Source: an uncultured archaeon
Lineage (GTDB): Archaea; Asgardarchaeota; Lokiarchaeia; Sigyniarchaeales; SOKP01
Length of the DNA stretch: 12,415 nucleotides
Assembly: GCA_964388035.1 (NCBI GenBank)
Contig: CAYLZE010000109.1
Span: 1 to 12,415, forward strand
Direction: 5' to 3'
This document shows, piece after piece, positions 8,554-12,415 of the stretch; position 1 is the stretch's first letter; each line of letters opens with the position of its first letter. Under the pieces are notes generated by a model that was not told where the DNA came from, made no database searches, and saw only the letters and a list, made by a program, of their open reading frames with translations. The position numbers were made by a program, and so were the translations under genes.

Positions 8554-9820
8554 GGTTTCTTCAATCCCTCCTCATTTGCCATTATAATAATCGCAGCATA
8601 TGCTGCACCCGGACCTCCAATGGAATGGGCTAAGGCTCTACCATTTTCAATTGTCTTAATTTGGTGTCCTCCCGCATCTCCTCTTAGCTGTAATGCAGCT
8701 TCTCCCGTAGACATGATACCTGTGGCACCCACAGCATGACCGCAACCAATTAAACCTCCACACGGACAACAAGGTAGCTCTCCATCAATCATGGGTCCTC
8801 CTTGTTCAATCCATTTTCCTCCTTCTCCAAATGGAACAAATCCCAATTCTTCATATGATATTACTTCTTGTCCACTAAACGCGTCGTGAAGCTCAGCACA
8901 GTCTATTTGTTGCTTAATTTTACCATAATCCAAGCCAGCCTTCTTATATGCGACTTTGGCCGCATTTATATTTGAATAAAGCCTACCCATATCTTCTCTA
9001 TTTCCGATAAAACAATCAGTATTTGCAGCCCCTACTCCGGTGATCCATATGGGTTTCTCGATTCCTAACTCCTTTACTTTTTCTTCAGGCGCCAGTATTA
9101 GTGCCGCAGAAGCTTCCGAATAAAGGCAACAATCTAACATCTTGAATGGATAGCAGATGATTCGGGAGTTTAGCACATCTTCAACGGTAATTTTCATGGG
9201 AGCCTGTGCCTTAGGATTGTTCATTGCGTTTCCATGATTTTTCACGCTAACAAGTGCCATTTGCTCCTCAGTTGGATTTCCAAATTCTTCAAAATGGGCG
9301 TTTACCATTGACACGTAGGATGATGCTGCCATCATACCCATCGGATATTCTTTCGCTCAAGTAGCAAATGCTATTTGATATACGTCATATCCGCAGAATA
9401 GGCAATGGCATTCAATACTTCTGGAGTGGTGGTCCCAGTTTGCTCGTCATAGCAATCGTTACATTTTTCCACTCCCAAGCACAAACATAAATCGGATAAT
9501 CCCGAGGCTACTTCGGCATATGCCATTCTTACCGTATATCCTCCCGTTGCCCCGCCAGAAGCAATTCTCGTTCCTGGCTTATCGTTCATTCCTATATAGG
9601 AATTTATGAATATATCCGGCATGAATTGTCGCTCAAAAAGTTCGTTGTATATGCCATAAACAGTGGATTCTAGATCTTTGTGGGTAATTTCCGCTCCATT
9701 TTTATTAGCATCTTCAAGGGCTAACTTGGTGGCATCATAAGCAAGTTCAAAATAGGTCTTATCCAAATATCTTGCTCTGAAAGGGGTCACTCCGACCCCG
9801 ATAATCGCTACTTTTCTCAA
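8550..9820 (-). CDS. Thiolase-fold protein (SCPx/Ltp type), intron-interrupted: exon 1 9820-9380, exon 2 9350-8550; 413 aa when spliced
   Basis: The N half (MRKVAIIGVG...GVEK) and C half (KNHGNAMNNPKAQ, DCC..SE..AALIL, ELHDAF, GGLIGCGHAVGATG) of one thiolase sit in different frames. Removing 9351-9379 joins them as SADMTY-EYPMGMMAAS. TTG start. Confidence 0.88.
9351..9379 (-). other. Candidate 29-nt bulge-helix-bulge (BHB/BHL-type) mRNA intron
   Basis: mRNA: CGGAUAU-G-ACGU-AU^A-UCAA-A-UAGC-AUUU-GCUA-C-UUGA-GCGA-AA^G-A-AUAUCCG. Exon stem CGGAUAU/AUAUCCG, central helix ACGU/GCGA (3 of 4 paired), two 3-nt bulges, intron hairpin. Cuts after the second nt of each bulge excise exactly 29 nt and restore the frame. 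Confidence 0.8.
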
Positions 9821-9905
9821 ATTCTCTCAACTTGTTTACTTTTTTCTATACTTTTTAGATTTTATAATTTAGAATTCTAATATTATTAAAATTTGATTTT
9901 AACTT

Positions 9906-9920
9906 TATTTATAGTTTTCC
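9906..9920 (-). promoter_or_regulatory. Putative BRE-TATA promoter of the thiolase operon
   Basis: The minus strand reads GGAAAAC-TATAAATA (9920-9906): a purine-rich BRE followed by a TATA box, about 85 nt upstream of the TTG start. Confidence 0.45.
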
Positions 9921-10242
9921 CTCTTGGAGACATCGATTATAGATAAGCGAACACTGATAAATTTAAGGTAATTCTATATATCTCAAGTTTCATGATTAAA
10001 CATGAATTCATTAATCTTAAGATATTAATTAGAATTGCATAAAAATTCACTTCTTCTTCATATATTAAACTAAAGCTATTTTTAAAGGAGAATTTTTAAT
10101 AATAACTCAAATAAACAAATGAAATTGGCAATACTATTAGTATCATTAGAAATCAATTTTTCAACAAAATTTGATTAAACCTTTATTTTTTCATTTTCTT
10201 TATTATGGTAATTAATTTTAAAAAAAAGAGGGAATAAAAATA

Positions 10243-11610
10243 GTGAGTACTATAACTTCCAACACGGTAATAGAAATCTCAACAAAGGAGATCTATTATG
10301 ATAAGAAGAATAAAGTTATTTCCATTGAATTACCAGATATTACTTTCATCGGGCATTATAATAAATCCACGAAATTGAAAAAATTACTAGACGATATCTA
10401 TTCTTCCATGAAAGATTCTGGAATGAATCGTGAAAATATTAGAATCATCGATCCAGAGTCACATCAAACTTTATCGGAATCTTTAAGTATAAAAGATCTT
10501 TTCTTCGAGGGAGCAGTCCAAAGCTTGAAGAAACCTTCTGAAGGAGAACAAGCAATATCTTCAAAAGAAGATGATCAAAAGGCAAAGAGGAAAAAACAAG
10601 AAGCTAAATCTAGAAAAACTGCCGATAGAGAGCCAATACGACCAAAACCACCCAGTCAACCCCAACCGCTTAAATCATCTCAAGAAGAAGTGGAGTTTGA
10701 TGTAACAACCATAGAGGAAGAAGAGGGAGAATTCGTCCCACCTCCACCGGGAACTGCACCAAGTGCACCTCCCTCGGGTGCGGGTCCTTCAAGATCTGAA
10801 GTTAAAAGGAGTGAAGAATCCGTACTTTTAAGGGATGAACTCGTCTCGAATTTGACAAAGGAGAGAAATGAAGAGGGCGTGGGGGTTAAGGTTAAGGGAA
10901 CTGATTCTCCAATAACTTATGAAATCAACATGGGCTTTCAATATTATTCCGTCATGATGGAGCAAAAAAGCTATTTATTTTATATCTATTTTTCGCATAA
11001 GAAACTAATGATCATGGACGAAGAGGGTAAGACGGTATATGAAACAACAGTAACCATAACTACCACTAAAAAGGAACCTCCCATCTTAGATTTGAGAATT
11101 GAAGGAGATGGTTTTGAAGTGCACCCTCTATCGGGAAAAGTAGAAGTGAAAAAAGATGCTGTCAATCCACCCTTAATGATTTTCTCGATCTCTCCTTTAA
11201 AAAATGAGCATAGAACCCAAGCAGAAAAGAAGATGGGAGAGAGACGCTTTTTAAATATATACATTGTATTTGAAGGAAAAGCAATTAGTCACACGGTGTT
11301 ATCGGTTATTGTTCAACTAAAGCATTTTCATTTAAACCTTGGGCCTTTCCAAATAGAGATAAGTAAAACCATGGCATACTCTATTTCCTTTTTATCCTTT
11401 GCAATTGCTGTTATTTCCGTGATATACTCCATCTTTTCTTTTGAAAGCTCCTCTTCTTCTGTTGAAATCATCGGAGGATTATCTCCCAGTATTGCTACCT
11501 TTATATTTATAATCAGTTATGCCCTGTCAATCGTGAAGGGATTTCGACCGCTGAAGCAAAAATGGAGCAAGTTCCTAAACTTTGATAAATCGGGAACCAT
11601 TGAAAAATAA
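10243..11610 (+). CDS. Hypothetical membrane protein: N-terminal globular domain, Pro/Glu-rich linker, beta-rich domain, two C-terminal TM helices
   Basis: 455-aa ORF (GTG start). Low-complexity linker (PKPPSQPQP, EEEEGE, PPPPGTAPSAPP); hydrophobic segments AYSISFLSFAIAVISVIYSIFSF and IIGGLSPSIATFIFIISYALSIV. Confidence 0.8.
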   Translation: MSTITSNTVIEISTKEIYYDKKNKVISIELPDITFIGHYNKSTKLKKLLDDIYSSMKDSGMNRENIRIIDPESHQTLSESLSIKDLFFEGAVQSLKKPSEGEQAISSKEDDQKAKRKKQEAKSRKTADREPIRPKPPSQPQPLKSSQEEVEFDVTTIEEEEGEFVPPPPGTAPSAPPSGAGPSRSEVKRSEESVLLRDELVSNLTKERNEEGVGVKVKGTDSPITYEINMGFQYYSVMMEQKSYLFYIYFSHKKLMIMDEEGKTVYETTVTITTTKKEPPILDLRIEGDGFEVHPLSGKVEVKKDAVNPPLMIFSISPLKNEHRTQAEKKMGERRFLNIYIVFEGKAISHTVLSVIVQLKHFHLNLGPFQIEISKTMAYSISFLSFAIAVISVIYSIFSFESSSSSVEIIGGLSPSIATFIFIISYALSIVKGFRPLKQKWSKFLNFDKSGTIEK

Positions 11611-11638
11611 TTCTTTTTTATTCACTTTAATTCTATAA

Positions 11639-11650
11639 TTTTTTTTTTTT
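11639..11650 (+). terminator. T12 tract after the hypothetical membrane protein gene
   Basis: Run of 12 T about 28 nt after the stop codon at 11610. Confidence 0.4.
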
Positions 11651-11849
11651 AAAATTTCTTAGATCTAATCTATCTTTAAAGAGGATGATTATTAATTAAA
11701 GTACTTCAAATTTAAATGATATGGGAAGTTTAATCATAATTTTTAATGAATTTAAGGATCGTGATTATTGTTCCAATCAATCTCAGATATTTAATAAGAT
11801 TAACATGTTAAATTTTTTAATAATGTGAGCAAACTTAAGCAAAAGAAGA

Positions 11850-12415
11850 TTATAAGTTAATCAATTCACAATTTTCGCCCCTAAGAAGTATGGTTAATTC
11901 ACCAATCTCTTCGGAGGTTAATTCTGTAGAAGCCGCCACAAAGAAACCTCTAAAAATTTTACTAAATTCTTTTTCGACAAAAGTTTTTTTCTTTAGAAAT
12001 CGTTCAACTTTCTCTCTTTCTTTTAGTATAGAAGTGATTTCAACTATAATGGGAGGATCCATTGAAAATCCATCTATTTCTACCGTCGATCTAGATTCAG
12101 AAACAAACCGTTTAGGGTCACTTAATTCTTTACTTTCTATTTTTACTTCGTTAAATCCTTCTTTTTCCAAGATTTTGGAAACTATATTGCGACCAAATTG
12201 TTCAAATGGTTTTCCAAGTGAATTTTGTATGCTTTTTAACACGTTATCTATTTTATCAAATCTTTTATTTGTAGAACTTAACATTTCTTCGAATCGTTTA
12301 TCTATCGCTTCAAATCGTTTATCCGAGGTTTGGTTCATTTCTTCGAATCGTTTATCCGTTGTTTGGTTCATTTCTTTGAATCGTTTATCCATGGTTTGGT
12401 TCATTTCTTCGAATC
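11850..12415 (-). CDS. Coiled-coil repeat protein with C-terminal PD-(D/E)XK-like domain (5' end outside the window)
   Basis: The frame is open to the right edge. DKRFEEMNQT repeats, then LGKPFE...VEIDGF....PIIVEIT...KVERF...GFFVA, resembling restriction-endonuclease-fold domains found after coiled coils in archaea. Confidence 0.7.
   Translation of the reverse strand, partial: FEEMNQTMDKRFKEMNQTTDKRFEEMNQTSDKRFEAIDKRFEEMLSSTNKRFDKIDNVLKSIQNSLGKPFEQFGRNIVSKILEKEGFNEVKIESKELSDPKRFVSESRSTVEIDGFSMDPPIIVEITSILKEREKVERFLKKKTFVEKEFSKIFRGFFVAASTELTSEEIGELTILLRGENCELINL
12249..12415 (-). repeat. Intragenic tandem repeats of 33-nt and 21-nt units
   Basis: Units begin GATAAACGATT on the - strand: partial 12415-12390, 33-mers 12389-12357 and 12356-12324, 21-mer 12323-12303, 33-mer 12302-12270, degenerate 21-mer 12269-12249. 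Confidence 0.9.

Noticed and set aside
9371-9373. Pyrrolysine or other readthrough of the UAG ending thiolase ORF 1 (a hairpin overlaps it)
   Set aside because: Readthrough continues HLLLERKNIRWV to a TGA in the wrong frame, so it cannot join the C-terminal half.
9351-9379. Insert as a transposon footprint, tandem duplication or programmed frameshift site
   Set aside because: No target-site duplication or copy of flanking sequence, and no slippery heptamer before the stop. The BHB geometry explains both boundaries.
8550-9820. Genuine two-subunit split thiolase
   Set aside because: Disfavoured, not excluded: there is no SD before ATG 9341, and the in-frame EYP codons upstream of it join exon 1 seamlessly.
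1444-11264. Short antisense ORFs (1444-1692, 3675-3881, 4588-4965, 5827-6066, 6515-6727, 7069-7257, 8084-8275, 8527-8739, 10986-11264)
   Set aside because: All lie opposite well-supported genes and show no recognisable motifs; shadow ORFs.
12249-12415. 33-nt repeats as a CRISPR array
   Set aside because: No unique spacers; units are multiples of 3 and encode a coiled coil.

Overview
AT-rich archaeal-type window; the gene content and protein styles suggest Asgard/Lokiarchaeia (inference, not verified). Left to right: a 5'-truncated TnpB-related (IS200/IS605 accessory) remnant running off the left edge; a vapBC-like toxin-antitoxin pair whose PIN toxin has an in-frame TAA at codon 4; threonine aldolase; a GH20 beta-N-acetylhexosaminidase; an iron-ADH plus W/Mo aldehyde:ferredoxin oxidoreductase operon; a convergent thiolase-fold / DUF35 / SCP2 operon; a membrane-anchored hypothetical protein; and a coiled-coil-repeat PD-(D/E)XK-like protein running off the right edge. 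Main finding: the thiolase gene, shown as two ORFs, is interrupted by a 29-nt insert (9351-9379). The insert folds with its flanks into a relaxed bulge-helix-bulge (BHB) splicing motif. Cutting at the canonical bulge positions removes exactly these 29 nt and restores one 413-aa reading frame (...DMTY|EYPMG...). This is a candidate tRNA-endonuclease-type intron in a protein-coding mRNA.
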